Assembly (NCBI GenBank): GCA_963706595.1
Contig: OY970166.1
Coordinates: 192,001-256,000 of the forward strand
Length of the DNA: 64,000 nucleotides
Source: an uncultured cyanobacterium
Lineage (GTDB): Bacteria; Cyanobacteriota; Cyanobacteriia; Cyanobacteriales; Nostocaceae
Reading direction: 5' to 3'
The translations under genes and the position numbers were made by a program. Below the pieces are notes generated by a model. That model was not told the origin of the DNA. It ran no database searches and was given only the letters and a program-made list of their open reading frames with translations. Shown piece by piece: positions 53,402 to 63,456 of this stretch. Position 1 is the first letter of the stretch; every line of letters starts with the position of its first letter.

Positions 53402-55597
53402 ATGCTGAAGAAACTACAAAAAAAACACATTTCTCTCATTGCTTTTGCCGCACTGTTTGCCTTTTCAGCAGGCGCAATGGTATCAGCGCCTGAAATTGGC
53501 AAATTCTTAGGACAAGGTTTTAGTCTGTCTAGAAATCAGCCTGAGCAAATTTCTCCAGCTAATCAAGCCAACTCAGCCGTATTTCCACTAGCATCACAGT
53601 CTAGACCAGAACGGGCGGAAAAACTAGAAGCGATCGCCAATGGTTCCAGTTCACCAGACAGGGAACGCGCCCGTTATTTATTGGCCAGTGATTTAATTGA
53701 CACCAGGGACGCGGAACAGGCTTTAAGTCTTCTCCAAGGACTAGAAAAAAGCTATCCCAGTCTTGGTCCCTACATTTTGCTGAAGCAGGCACAGGCACAA
53801 GATATACTGGGTGAACAGGGTAAGGCTTCCGACCTCAGACAAAGAGTGCTGAGAGAGTATCCCGAAGCAGCAGGGAAAGCCAAAGCTTTATATATGATTG
53901 CCCTACCAGAGCATCATGATACAGCGATCGCGCAATTTCCTTCTCATCCACTCACCTGGGATATTATTCAGAAGCGATTACAAGAAAATCCCAATCAGCC
54001 ACAGTTACGCTTAATTCTGGCACAATACGCCTATAATCAAGCTGGAATCGTTGGCGTTTTAGATCAACTAATCAAAGAGCCGAATCTCAAACCCGAAGAA
54101 TGGGAAATTGTGGGTACAGCTTATTGGGAAAATAATCAATTTGCAAAAGCTGGTGATGCCTATTTTAAAGCAACCCCAACACCCCGCAATCTTTACCGCG
54201 CCGCCAGAGGAATACAGATAGGGGGTAAAGAACAGCCAAAAGCTATTGCCACTTATAATCAATTAGTACAAAAATTTCCCGATGCTAGCGAAACGGGACT
54301 AGCTTTATTACGTTTGTCAGAATTGGCTAGAACCCGTAAAGATGCTTTACCCTATCTTGACAGAATAATTGCTAATTTTCCGCAACAAGCTAGTAGAGCA
54401 GTTGTAGAAAAAGCCAAAGTTTACGAAGGACTCAAAGACCAAAAGTCGGCTCAACAAGCTTGGGAATTACTCTTAAGCAAATATGGTAGTTCTAATCAAG
54501 CCGCAGAGTATCGCTGGGAAAAAGCCAACCAGCAAGCCAAGGCGCAAAATTACGCAGGGGCTTGGCAATGGGCGCAACCAATTGCTACCGATAATTCTAA
54601 TAGTATTTTAGCTCCCAGAGCAGGCTTTTGGGTAGGTAAATGGGCTATTAGATTAGGAAAGCAGCAAGAAGCAAAAGCCGCTTATGAGTATGTATTGAGT
54701 CAATATCCTTACTCTTACTATGCTTGGCGATCGGCTGCCAACTTGGGGCTGAATGTCGGCAACTTTGACAACGTGCGGCAATTGCAACCAGAAATAGTTC
54801 CTAATACACGTCCAGTACCTCCCGCAGGTTCAGACACTTTCAAAGAACTGTATTTGCTAGGCGAGGAGAATGATGCTTGGTTCCAATGGGAAACAGAATT
54901 TCTCAATAAACTCCAGCCGACAGTAGCCGAACAATTTACCGAAGGGTTAATGCGGCTAGTTAGGGGACAAAATCTCTCAGCAATTAGTCTGATTTCTCGA
55001 TTAGAAGACAGAGAAACACCAGAAGAACAAGCTGAGTATCAAGCTTTGAGCCAGCAGGTAAAATATTGGCAAGCTCGTTATCCTTTTCTCTATCGCCAGG
55101 AAATCAAAAAATGGTCTACTGAACGGCAGTTAAATCCTTTGCTAGTTACAGGCTTGATGCGTCAAGAGTCCATGTTTGAGCCAAAAATTAAGTCCGTGGT
55201 CGGTGCGACTGGTTTAATGCAGGTGATGCCCGCTACAGGCGAATGGATTGCGCCCCAAATTAATTTGGACAGCAAAACCATTAATTTAGAAGATCCCAAT
55301 GAAAATATTAATCTGGGGACATGGTATTTAGACTATACCCATCGGCAGTATAACAATAACTCGATGCTGGCGATCGCCAGTTATAATGCCGGACCTGGCA
55401 ACGTCGCCAAATGGCTGCGAACTATTGGGAAAACCGATCCAGATGATTTTGTGGAAGACATTCCTTTTAATGAAACGAAAAATTACGTGCGACAAGTATT
55501 TGGGAATTACTGGAATTATTTGCGACTTTATAACCCTGAGATTTCGGCTAAGGTAGCGAAATATTCAGAGACACATCCAAAATTGCCTCAGAGGTAA
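53402..55597 (+). CDS. slt: Soluble lytic transglycosylase with TPR repeats
   Basis: Signal peptide, TPR-like region, RQES, GLMQ, SYNAG, ETKNYV. Confidence 0.9.
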   Translation: MLKKLQKKHISLIAFAALFAFSAGAMVSAPEIGKFLGQGFSLSRNQPEQISPANQANSAVFPLASQSRPERAEKLEAIANGSSSPDRERARYLLASDLIDTRDAEQALSLLQGLEKSYPSLGPYILLKQAQAQDILGEQGKASDLRQRVLREYPEAAGKAKALYMIALPEHHDTAIAQFPSHPLTWDIIQKRLQENPNQPQLRLILAQYAYNQAGIVGVLDQLIKEPNLKPEEWEIVGTAYWENNQFAKAGDAYFKATPTPRNLYRAARGIQIGGKEQPKAIATYNQLVQKFPDASETGLALLRLSELARTRKDALPYLDRIIANFPQQASRAVVEKAKVYEGLKDQKSAQQAWELLLSKYGSSNQAAEYRWEKANQQAKAQNYAGAWQWAQPIATDNSNSILAPRAGFWVGKWAIRLGKQQEAKAAYEYVLSQYPYSYYAWRSAANLGLNVGNFDNVRQLQPEIVPNTRPVPPAGSDTFKELYLLGEENDAWFQWETEFLNKLQPTVAEQFTEGLMRLVRGQNLSAISLISRLEDRETPEEQAEYQALSQQVKYWQARYPFLYRQEIKKWSTERQLNPLLVTGLMRQESMFEPKIKSVVGATGLMQVMPATGEWIAPQINLDSKTINLEDPNENINLGTWYLDYTHRQYNNNSMLAIASYNAGPGNVAKWLRTIGKTDPDDFVEDIPFNETKNYVRQVFGNYWNYLRLYNPEISAKVAKYSETHPKLPQR

Positions 55598-55616
55598 TTA
55601 GAAAAACGTATCGCTA

Positions 55617-55778
55617 AAGCGAAAGCTCCGCTAACGCGTAGCGTGCGCGCAGCGCATACCACAGAGGACACAGTGAGTCCAGTGCTGCGGGAGGGTTTCC
55701 CTCCGCAGGCAACTGGCGAACCCGGAGGGAGGACACGGAGTTATGAGAGTTTGAGTGGTCACTGAGCTTGTCGAAGTG
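55617..55778. repeat. Composite small dispersed repeats
   Basis: GC-rich palindromes (tgcgggagggtttccctccgca) flanked by duplicated gaggacac; actgagcttgtcgaagt. Confidence 0.6.
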
Positions 55779-55905
55779 AGGTTTTTGCCTAAGTTTTCAG
55801 AATGTTGGCAAAAAAATCCTAAAATCTTCATGCGGCCAAAAATATAGTTTGGTCGCAGCTTCCCCGGATACAATAGTTAACAAATGTTGCCTATTGAGCT
55901 GACTC

Positions 55906-56691
55906 ATGACACCATCACAAGATGTAACTACTCCTGATCTCGACCAAGAGGAATACGGCAACTCAAAAATTGATCCTCTCAATGAGTTACCAGATGAAGT
56001 GGAAATGTCCCTCTTCGACCACCTCGAAGAGTTACGACAACGGATTTTCTATTCTCTGATTGCTGTCGTCGTTGGTGTAATTGGCTGTTTCATCGCCGTT
56101 AAGCCAATTGTCAAGTTATTGGAAGTCCCCGCCCAGGGAGTCAAATTTCTTCAACTTGCGCCTGGAGAATATTTCTTTGTCTCCATTAAAGTCGCAGGTT
56201 ACACTGGCTTGGTGCTTTCTAGTCCCTTCATTCTCTATCAAATTATCCAGTTTCTGCTTCCAGGACTAACACGCCGGGAACGCCGCTTACTAGGACCAGT
56301 CGTTTTAGGTTCAAGTGTACTGTTTGCAGCTGGTTTAGTATTTGCCTATTTGTTGCTTATCCCCGCCGCTTTGAATTTTTTCATTAGCTACGGTGAAGAT
56401 GTTGTAGATCAACTTTGGTCGATTGACAAATACTTTGAATTTGTGCTGCTACTGTTATTTAGTACTGGTTTAGCATTTCAAATTCCGATTATCCAAGTAT
56501 TATTAGGTAATTTAGGAATAGTTTCTTCTCAAAGGATGATTGCTGGCTGGCGTTTTGTGATTATGGGAGCAGTAGTTTTAGGTGCTGTCCTCACCCCTTC
56601 CACCGACCCCCTCACCCAAAGTCTGTTAGCAGGCGCAGTCTTAGGACTGTACTTTGGTGGTATTGGTCTAGTGAAACTCACAGGTAAATGA
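55906..56691 (+). CDS. tatC: Twin-arginine translocase subunit TatC
   Basis: [27 protein letters not shown]. Confidence 0.96.
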   Translation: MTPSQDVTTPDLDQEEYGNSKIDPLNELPDEVEMSLFDHLEELRQRIFYSLIAVVVGVIGCFIAVKPIVKLLEVPAQGVKFLQLAPGEYFFVSIKVAGYTGLVLSSPFILYQIIQFLLPGLTRRERRLLGPVVLGSSVLFAAGLVFAYLLLIPAALNFFISYGEDVVDQLWSIDKYFEFVLLLLFSTGLAFQIPIIQVLLGNLGIVSSQRMIAGWRFVIMGAVVLGAVLTPSTDPLTQSLLAGAVLGLYFGGIGLVKLTGK

Positions 56692-57023
56692 CACAAATTA
56701 ACTATGACGACTTTGAGCAAGTAGAAATTCGTGTGGGTAGAATTATCGACGTGAAAGATTTTCCCCAAGCACGAAAACCTGCTTATAAACTATGGATAGA
56801 CTTTGGTGAATTGGGCGTTAAAAAATCTAGCGCCCAAATTACTAAACTGTATAATTCCGAAGATTTAAAAAACAAATTAATCTTAGCTGTTACCAACTTT
56901 CCACCCCGACAAATAGCCGATTTTATGTCAGAAGTTTTAGTCTTAGGCGTAGTTGGGGAAAATGGCGAAGTTGTGTTAATTCAACCAGATAGAGATGTAC
57001 CATTAGGCAAAAGAATCTCATAA
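56688..57023 (+). CDS. csaA: CsaA/Trbp111-type tRNA-binding protein / export chaperone
   Basis: [40 protein letters not shown] overlap with tatC. Confidence 0.88.
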   Translation: MTQINYDDFEQVEIRVGRIIDVKDFPQARKPAYKLWIDFGELGVKKSSAQITKLYNSEDLKNKLILAVTNFPPRQIADFMSEVLVLGVVGENGEVVLIQPDRDVPLGKRIS

Positions 57024-57028
57024 AATAT

Positions 57029-57076
57029 AGAACCTCACCCCGCCTTTGACTTGCTTCAAAGGCGGGGTGAGGTTCT
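57029..57076. terminator. Perfect 21-bp stem hairpin; repeat-derived, possible terminator
   Basis: agaacctcaccccgcctttga-cttgct-tcaaaggcggggtgaggttct; the agaacctcacccc arm recurs at 63240. Confidence 0.6.
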
Positions 57077-57166
57077 GTATTTCTGTAATCTGGTCTTGAA
57101 GTAAACCAAGGCTTATGTAAAACTGATGATCTTTCGCTTCAAAGCCTACATCAGAGGAACTAAAAC

Positions 57167-58705
57167 ATGGCGCGTCTAGCACTGCTGAGTGTATCTAACA
57201 AAACTGGTATAGTTGATTTAGCCCGTCGCTTGGTCGAAGAATTTAATTTTGATTTAATCAGCAGTGGGGGAACCGCCCAAACCCTCAAGGATGCGGGGCT
57301 ACCAGTGACAAAGGTTTCTGATTACACTGGTTCACCTGAAATTTTAGGTGGTCGAGTTAAAACCTTACATCCTCGCATTCATGGCGGAATTTTGGCGCGG
57401 CGAGATATTCCCCAACATTTGACAGATTTAGAAAATAACCAAATTCGCCCCATTGATTTAGTTGTAGTCAATCTTTATCCCTTTGAGGAAACTATTGCTA
57501 AACCTGGGGTGACGTTATCTGAGGCTGTGGAACAAATTGATATCGGTGGACCGGCGATGTTACGGGCTGCATCGAAAAATTTCGCCCATCTCACGGTATT
57601 ATGCAATCCAGCACAGTATGAGGAATATTTACAGGAATTAGGGCAAAATCAAGGCACTGCATCTCTGGAGTTTCGCCAAAAATGTGCTTTAAAAGGTTTT
57701 TCCCATACGGCTAGTTATGATCAAGCCATAGCAGCTTATCTCAGCCAACAATCTCAGGATTCTCTACCCCAGGAATATAACCTTTCTGGGCAGCAATTGC
57801 AATCTCTGCGTTACGGTGAAAACCCCCATCAAGCTGCTGCTTGGTATCAAAGCGGAACTACTCCCATGGGTTGGGCTGCGGCGACGAAATTGCAAGGTAA
57901 GGAACTGAGTTATAACAACTTGGTGGATTTAGAAGCCGCCCGCCGCATTATTGCCGAGTTTACTGATACTCCCGCCGCTACGGTGATTAAACACACAAAC
58001 CCCTGTGGTGTGGCTGTGGGAAGTACCCTTGTGGAAGCATATCAAAAAGCTTTTAATGCTGATTCGGTTTCAGCTTTTGGGGGAATTGTGGCACTTAATC
58101 GCCCCATTGATGCTGCGACAGCGAATGAGTTAACCAAGACATTTTTAGAATGCGTGGTTGCGCCGAGTTGTGAACCTGAAGCCCAAGAAATTTTGGCGGC
58201 GAAATCTAAACTACGCATTTTAACGTTAGCAGATTTGAGTAGTGGCCCCCAGGATACCGTGAAAGCGATCGCCGGTGGTTTTTTAGTCCAAGCTGCTGAT
58301 GATGCGATCGCTGATACCAGTAAATGGCAAGTAGTCACCGAACGTCAACCCACCCCGGACGAGTTAGCCGAGTTACTGTTCGCTTGGAAGGTCTGTAAAC
58401 ACGTTAAATCGAATGCTATTGTGATTACAAGCGATCGCACTACTTTAGGAGTGGGTGCTGGTCAAATGAATCGCGTTGGTTCAGTTAAAATAGCTTTAGA
58501 ACAAGCTGGCGCAAAAGCCCAAGGCGCAATTCTCGCCAGCGATGGATTTTTCCCCTTTGATGATTCTGTGAAAACAGCCGCAGCAGCCGGAATTACTGCC
58601 ATTGTCCAACCAGGCGGAAGTTTGCGCGATCAAGATTCCATCCAGGCTGCAAATGAATTGGGTTTACTCATGGTGTTAACTGGTATCCGCCACTTTTTAC
58701 ATTAA
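57167..58705 (+). CDS. purH: Bifunctional AICAR transformylase/IMP cyclohydrolase
   Basis: GRVKTLHP, IDIGG, LRYGENPHQ, KHTNPCG, SDGFFPF, RHFLH. Confidence 0.97.
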   Translation: MARLALLSVSNKTGIVDLARRLVEEFNFDLISSGGTAQTLKDAGLPVTKVSDYTGSPEILGGRVKTLHPRIHGGILARRDIPQHLTDLENNQIRPIDLVVVNLYPFEETIAKPGVTLSEAVEQIDIGGPAMLRAASKNFAHLTVLCNPAQYEEYLQELGQNQGTASLEFRQKCALKGFSHTASYDQAIAAYLSQQSQDSLPQEYNLSGQQLQSLRYGENPHQAAAWYQSGTTPMGWAAATKLQGKELSYNNLVDLEAARRIIAEFTDTPAATVIKHTNPCGVAVGSTLVEAYQKAFNADSVSAFGGIVALNRPIDAATANELTKTFLECVVAPSCEPEAQEILAAKSKLRILTLADLSSGPQDTVKAIAGGFLVQAADDAIADTSKWQVVTERQPTPDELAELLFAWKVCKHVKSNAIVITSDRTTLGVGAGQMNRVGSVKIALEQAGAKAQGAILASDGFFPFDDSVKTAAAAGITAIVQPGGSLRDQDSIQAANELGLLMVLTGIRHFLH

Positions 58706-58754
58706 ATCTTTGGGAGTTAGCTTGTGCCAGTTTATAAACTGTCACATATTACAC

Positions 58755-58782
58755 TTGTATTCTCAGCAAACAGCAGTATTCT
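58755..58782 (+). promoter_or_regulatory. Putative sigma70-type promoter of the Yfr2-like RNA
   Basis: ttgtat-N16-tattct ending 7 nt before GTGTGTGAGGAG. Confidence 0.5.
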
Positions 58783-58788
58783 CTAGTT

Positions 58789-58860
58789 GTGTGTGAGGAG
58801 CAAGTTAAAAATAAAAAGCGTTTGGGGTGGAAACACGGCAACACTCCCAGGCGCTTTTTA
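58789..58860 (+). ncRNA. yfr2: Yfr2 (Cyano-1) family small RNA
   Basis: 5' GTGTGAGGAG; long hairpin (taaaaagcgtttgggg / tcccaggcgcttttta) capped by GGAAACA-C-GGCAACA, the Yfr2 hallmarks. Confidence 0.8.
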
Positions 58861-58916
58861 ATTTATAATTCGTAATATTTCTTTCGGAAACCCGTCGCGA
58901 AGGTAATTTGTAAATT

Positions 58917-59648
58917 TTAAATATTGGCAAATGTCCACTCTAGCAGCTTAATAGGGGCTTGCTGGAGGGCTTGAGTGAGTTCTGAGTTGCTATCAAACTT
59001 TACCTTGGATAGGTCGCACGCTTCAACGTTGACGGTAAACTGGTCATCTTCAAAAGGCCAGGGTTGAACAGTCACTAAGCCATTGCGATACTGCATAATA
59101 TCATAACGTTGATGATCAGGCCCTAGACTAATTTCCAGAAAGCGCTCATCAGCAGGTAATTCATGTTGACACAAAATTAGAGACAAGCGATCGCACCATT
59201 GCATAAATGCATAAGCTGCATCAACCTTCGCCTTTTCAACACCCAATTCCTCACGCCAACGTTGCTGATTTTGGCGTTGTTCATCCAAAAATTTGTCTAA
59301 TTCTGGTAACTTCCCCCGTTGTGGCTCATGCAAACGGCTGAGGTGCATAGAAATCAATAGGGAAACCCATCTTCCCCGGTAACGGGCATTTTTTGCTAAA
59401 TCAGCTAGTGGCTGAATTGACATTTCTTTACCCAGAGTGAAGTCCATTGGCGCACCACCAACAGTTAAATTATCCTCTTCCCATTCTTTCTCTAAATCAT
59501 CATGATGAGAAATTGCTGCTAGTGTTTCATATAACCGTTCAGGAGCGTTTTTACGTCGCCATTGTCCTGCTAATTGAGCCGCTAGCAAAGCATGAGCGCG
59601 ATGATAAATAATTTCCCAACCATTTTGTGTAGCATTAACAATCACCAA
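58917..59648 (-). CDS. DUF3891-like protein
   Basis: HALLAAQLA..W, HHDD, CDRLSL.LC, PWPF; downstream of Mn catalase. Confidence 0.7.
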   Translation of the reverse strand: MVIVNATQNGWEIIYHRAHALLAAQLAGQWRRKNAPERLYETLAAISHHDDLEKEWEEDNLTVGGAPMDFTLGKEMSIQPLADLAKNARYRGRWVSLLISMHLSRLHEPQRGKLPELDKFLDEQRQNQQRWREELGVEKAKVDAAYAFMQWCDRLSLILCQHELPADERFLEISLGPDHQRYDIMQYRNGLVTVQPWPFEDDQFTVNVEACDLSKVKFDSNSELTQALQQAPIKLLEWTFANI

Positions 59649-59742
59649 TCGATCTCCCGATTTTCAATGGTAATTTTTAGTAGCGGCAGGTTAACAGATA
59701 TCATTGTTGATTCACTGAGATATTGGTAGACCCGCCCGTACC

Positions 59743-59834
59743 CAATACTACTTGGTTAAGCAAATTCCTGATTTGAAAACCCTTGTAGAGACGTGACATG
59801 GAACGTCTCTACACTCCTTAACCGAAAAGCATTG
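59743..59834. mobile_element. MITE-like element containing a REP-like palindrome
   Basis: IR caatactacttggttaag / cttaaccgaaaagcattg (14/18); internal gtagagacg..cgtctctac. Confidence 0.6.
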
Positions 59835-59916
59835 CGTCCTTACCAATACACAACATTGTTAATTAACGGGGATATTGGTAAACCCGCCCCTAACAATACA
59901 CAACATTCTTGTTGAT

Positions 59917-60609
59917 TTAAGATTTGCGTTCTAATGGGTTAGCAATGTAGTTGAATGCTGGCTCAGAATTCCAAGGGCCACGCTGGTCTTTACCATCACC
60001 ATTTGTAGATAGATTGTAATAAATATCGACAGTTTCATCAGGCTGAATATTACCAAAAAATGGCTCGGTCAATTTGCCCAATGAATCGAGAGCTTTCATA
60101 AACATTTGAGTATGAGAAATTTCTCGTGTTAATAGATGAACCAAAGTATTTTTAGTTCCTTGGTCTGTTGCTAGCTTAATCAGTGCTTCGTAAGTCTGAC
60201 GTGCGCCAGCTTCTGCGGCAATATTTGCTCTCAAATCCCGCACGACATCTCCACCTTCATTCAAATAACTAGCAGTCCAAGCACTTCCTTGACTATCTAG
60301 AAAGTGAGGTCCCATACCTCTGACAGCGAACAGAGTGCTTTTGTATGCCTCTGTTTGATCCATATTTTTGGTATGACCTTCAATCAGTTTACCAACCATT
60401 TCTAAGTGGCCGAATTCTTCTATCGCAATGTCTTGGAGCATATCTCGAATTCCCGCATTTTCAACGTGAAATGATTGCACCCAATATTGCAAAGCTGCTG
60501 ATAATTCTCCAGTTGCTCCACCAAACTGCTCCAGCAGTAATTGAGCAAAACGAGGGTTAGCTTCAGTAATATTTACAGCATGAATAGGCTCTTTTTTGTG
60601 GTAAAACAT
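59917..60609 (-). CDS. katB: Manganese catalase
   Basis: EQFGGATGEL, EEFGHLE, NIAAEAGA, REISH; 230 aa like Anabaena KatB. Confidence 0.9.
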   Translation of the reverse strand: MFYHKKEPIHAVNITEANPRFAQLLLEQFGGATGELSAALQYWVQSFHVENAGIRDMLQDIAIEEFGHLEMVGKLIEGHTKNMDQTEAYKSTLFAVRGMGPHFLDSQGSAWTASYLNEGGDVVRDLRANIAAEAGARQTYEALIKLATDQGTKNTLVHLLTREISHTQMFMKALDSLGKLTEPFFGNIQPDETVDIYYNLSTNGDGKDQRGPWNSEPAFNYIANPLERKS

Positions 60610-60878
60610 CTATAACCTCTTAAAGAATTTTTAACGAAAAAAATAGCTGAATGTGATATGATAAGGTAGCTTTAATATCTGCTACTAAAAAGCTAGAAAG
60701 CGCGGGAGATACTACTGTTCGGTAGTATCGGTGCGTTGAATTAAAGAAAGTAGAATTCAGGGTGAGAGAACGTCGCAATTCCCGTTAGCTGTATGGATAT
60801 TGAGCTTACGACATTATTGTGTAAGCAGGTTTAGCAGGCACGTTCCTCATCGATTGATCAGCTAGTTACTAATTTAAA

Positions 60879-61151
60879 TTAGGCACTAGTACGGCTAGTA
60901 AACAGTCCCCACAAATAAATAGCAATTATTGAGCCAATAACTGCTACAAACAGCCCAGGAATACTTAAACTAGTAGCCGTTAATTGCAGCGTTCCCGTTT
61001 GGAAGAGGCTGAATAAACTACCTCCAACAAACGCACCAATAATACCCAAAATCATTGTTGAGAGAATACCACCACCTTGGGAACCCGGATAAATCGCTTT
61101 ACCGATAGCACCAGCCAAAAGTCCTAAAATTGCCCAAGCAATAAGATTCAT
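60879..61151 (-). CDS. GlsB/YeaQ/YmgE family stress-response membrane protein
   Basis: 90 aa, three Gly-rich TM helices (LGLLAGAIG, LGIIGAFVGG, AVIGS). Confidence 0.85.
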   Translation of the reverse strand: MNLIAWAILGLLAGAIGKAIYPGSQGGGILSTMILGIIGAFVGGSLFSLFQTGTLQLTATSLSIPGLFVAVIGSIIAIYLWGLFTSRTSA

Positions 61152-61488
61152 AATTTTCCTCTAAAATCTCAACTGTGCTTATCTTAGCAATTCTGATTTA
61201 CAATTGTTTCAGCCAGAGGAAATACTTATTAAAACCAAAAGGTAGAGAAATACTTATGTGAGTTGATATGATCACAATCATATCTGAATTTACTCTCGGT
61301 TGAAAGGCTCAAATCCCTAATTTTTGGCATGAATTGGGGATTTTGATATTTACAACTGATGTAGGATTGCTACACCTTAAATTAATGTTAAATATATCAG
61401 GATAATTGGTAATAGTTGATGAGCATAATTACCAATTACCAAGGTCTGGAGGAGCAATCAGATGAAAAAATAGCTGCCAATCTTTAGC

Positions 61489-62871
61489 TCAAATTGCCCG
61501 CGAAAATTGTCTATCTTTGGTTTGATGATAGTTATCAAATATAACCGCGATATTTCTCACCAGTAACCTACCGATATCTGTAATCTGAATTTGCTTGGTT
61601 GATATGTTCACGAGTTCATCAGCTTGCAGTTGTGCTAATGCTTTTAACTCATGGTCAAAATATTGATCGAAAATGATGTGATATTTATCTTCAATATCTT
61701 GCTTATTTAGATGAAAGTGAGACATAATGCTTAAGATTACATCTCGTCTGATGATGTCGTCTTGACTCAGTTTAATTCCTTTACTAATGGGTAAAATATC
61801 TGCGGCGATCGCCTGATAATAATCCTTTAATTGTTTGTGGTTCTGCACATAGGCATCATTCAGCATACTGATGGATGTAGCACCAAATCCTAAGAGTTCC
61901 GTTCCCGCGTGGGTGGTGTATCCTTGAAAGTTGCGTTGGAGGGTGTGATTTTGTTGCGCGATCGCTAATTCATCGTTATGTTTGGCAAAATGATCCATGC
62001 CAATAAATAAATACTTACTACTGGTCAATTCCTCAATAGTCATCTTCAGAATTTCCAACTTTTCCTGGGGTTCTGGCAATGCTGCTTGAGGAATATTTTT
62101 TTGCGCTGGCTTCATCCACGGGACGTAGGCGAAGTTAAACACCACAATCCGGTTAGGATCTAATGCAATTGTCTTGTTGACAGTTTCTTGAAATGTCTGG
62201 AGAGTTTGATAAGGTAAACCATAAATTAGGTCTACATTCACACTGTCAAACTTGGCAGCTTTAATCCAGTCCATAACATCAAACAACAGTGCTTCTGGCT
62301 GGACGCGATTTACAGCTAATTGGACTTGGGGATTAAAATCCTGAATCCCAAAGCTAATGCGGTTAAACCCGACTTCGCGGAGAAAGAAAATATAGTCTTG
62401 ATCTACGTAGGCGGGATTAATTTCAATGGAAATTTCGGCTTGTGGATCAATATTAAAGTTATCTGTAATGTGTTTCCACAAGAATTTAACTTGATCTTGA
62501 TTTAAATAGTTAGGTGTACCACCACCCCAGTGAATTTGCAGAACTTTTCTCTGTGGATCAATCAAGGTTGCCATTTTCTTGATTTCTCGCACCAAATGTT
62601 CTAAGTAAGGTTTGGCGATATTCTTATTTTGGGAAATTACTGTATTACAGCCGCAGAAATAGCAAGCACTTTCACAAAAGGGAATATGGAAATATAAAGA
62701 CAGAGGTGATTTTCGGTAGTTGGAGGCGGCGATCGCACCGTGAAAATCAGTTACACTAAATTCTGTGCTTAACTCTGTAGCGGGTGGGTAACTCGTGTAT
62801 CTGGGTGCAGGATGATCATACTTTTTGATCATCTCTAGATCAAATTTGACACTAGGCAAGACAAAAACCAT
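61489..62871 (-). CDS. hemN: Oxygen-independent coproporphyrinogen III oxidase
   Basis: PRYTSYP, HIPFCESACYFCGC (radical SAM), GGGTP, RNFQGY; GGAGG RBS before ATG at 62871. Confidence 0.95.
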   Translation of the reverse strand: MVFVLPSVKFDLEMIKKYDHPAPRYTSYPPATELSTEFSVTDFHGAIAASNYRKSPLSLYFHIPFCESACYFCGCNTVISQNKNIAKPYLEHLVREIKKMATLIDPQRKVLQIHWGGGTPNYLNQDQVKFLWKHITDNFNIDPQAEISIEINPAYVDQDYIFFLREVGFNRISFGIQDFNPQVQLAVNRVQPEALLFDVMDWIKAAKFDSVNVDLIYGLPYQTLQTFQETVNKTIALDPNRIVVFNFAYVPWMKPAQKNIPQAALPEPQEKLEILKMTIEELTSSKYLFIGMDHFAKHNDELAIAQQNHTLQRNFQGYTTHAGTELLGFGATSISMLNDAYVQNHKQLKDYYQAIAADILPISKGIKLSQDDIIRRDVILSIMSHFHLNKQDIEDKYHIIFDQYFDHELKALAQLQADELVNISTKQIQITDIGRLLVRNIAVIFDNYHQTKDRQFSRAI

Positions 62872-63239
62872 CAAAACCTCCAAGAAACTGCGATCATTCC
62901 GCCTCATGTAGCGCTGCGGAAATTAAACTACCAATAAAATCTGTATACTCTGTTGTCTAGTGTAGAGAGTCGCGGGAGTGCGTGATGTGTTGACTCCCAC
63001 CAAACAGCCTCAATAATCTGAAATGATCGCATTTGTCGGTTTTGGCGATCATTTTTTCTCCCACCAAATTATTTAACTATCAATATTTGTACAACTAGAA
63101 AGCTATTAAGTTTTCTTTATATTTTTTCTGGTTGTAATGGGGGTTTTGTGGAATTTATACGCACTGGCGTTAGGCGAAATTATGGTTAAACGAACCGCAA
63201 AGTACGCAAAGGAAGAAGGAAGAATTTTCGCGGATCTCT

Positions 63240-63313
63240 AGAACCTCACCCCCAACCCCTCTCCTTAGTAAGGAGAGGGGAGAATAAGGAGTGTAGGGTG
63301 TGTTCAACGCACC
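63240..63313. repeat. Dispersed palindromic repeats
   Basis: agaacctcacccccaacccctctccttagtaaggagagggg and the REP-like gtagggtgtgttcaacgcacc (compare 2910). Confidence 0.65.
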
Positions 63314-63456
63314 ATCTTTAATTCTCGAAGCAGAGGGGATAACTAAGGACTAATGACTCCACGTTGTGGGTTGACTTTTAGATAATTTAACTGATGTGTT
63401 GTTTCTATAATTTATGCTTATATAACTATTAAAAGGTAAAACATGAAAGCAGTCTC

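Noticed and set aside
58706..58916. 6S RNA or tRNA after purH
   Set aside because: No cloverleaf and too short for 6S; motifs fit Yfr2 instead
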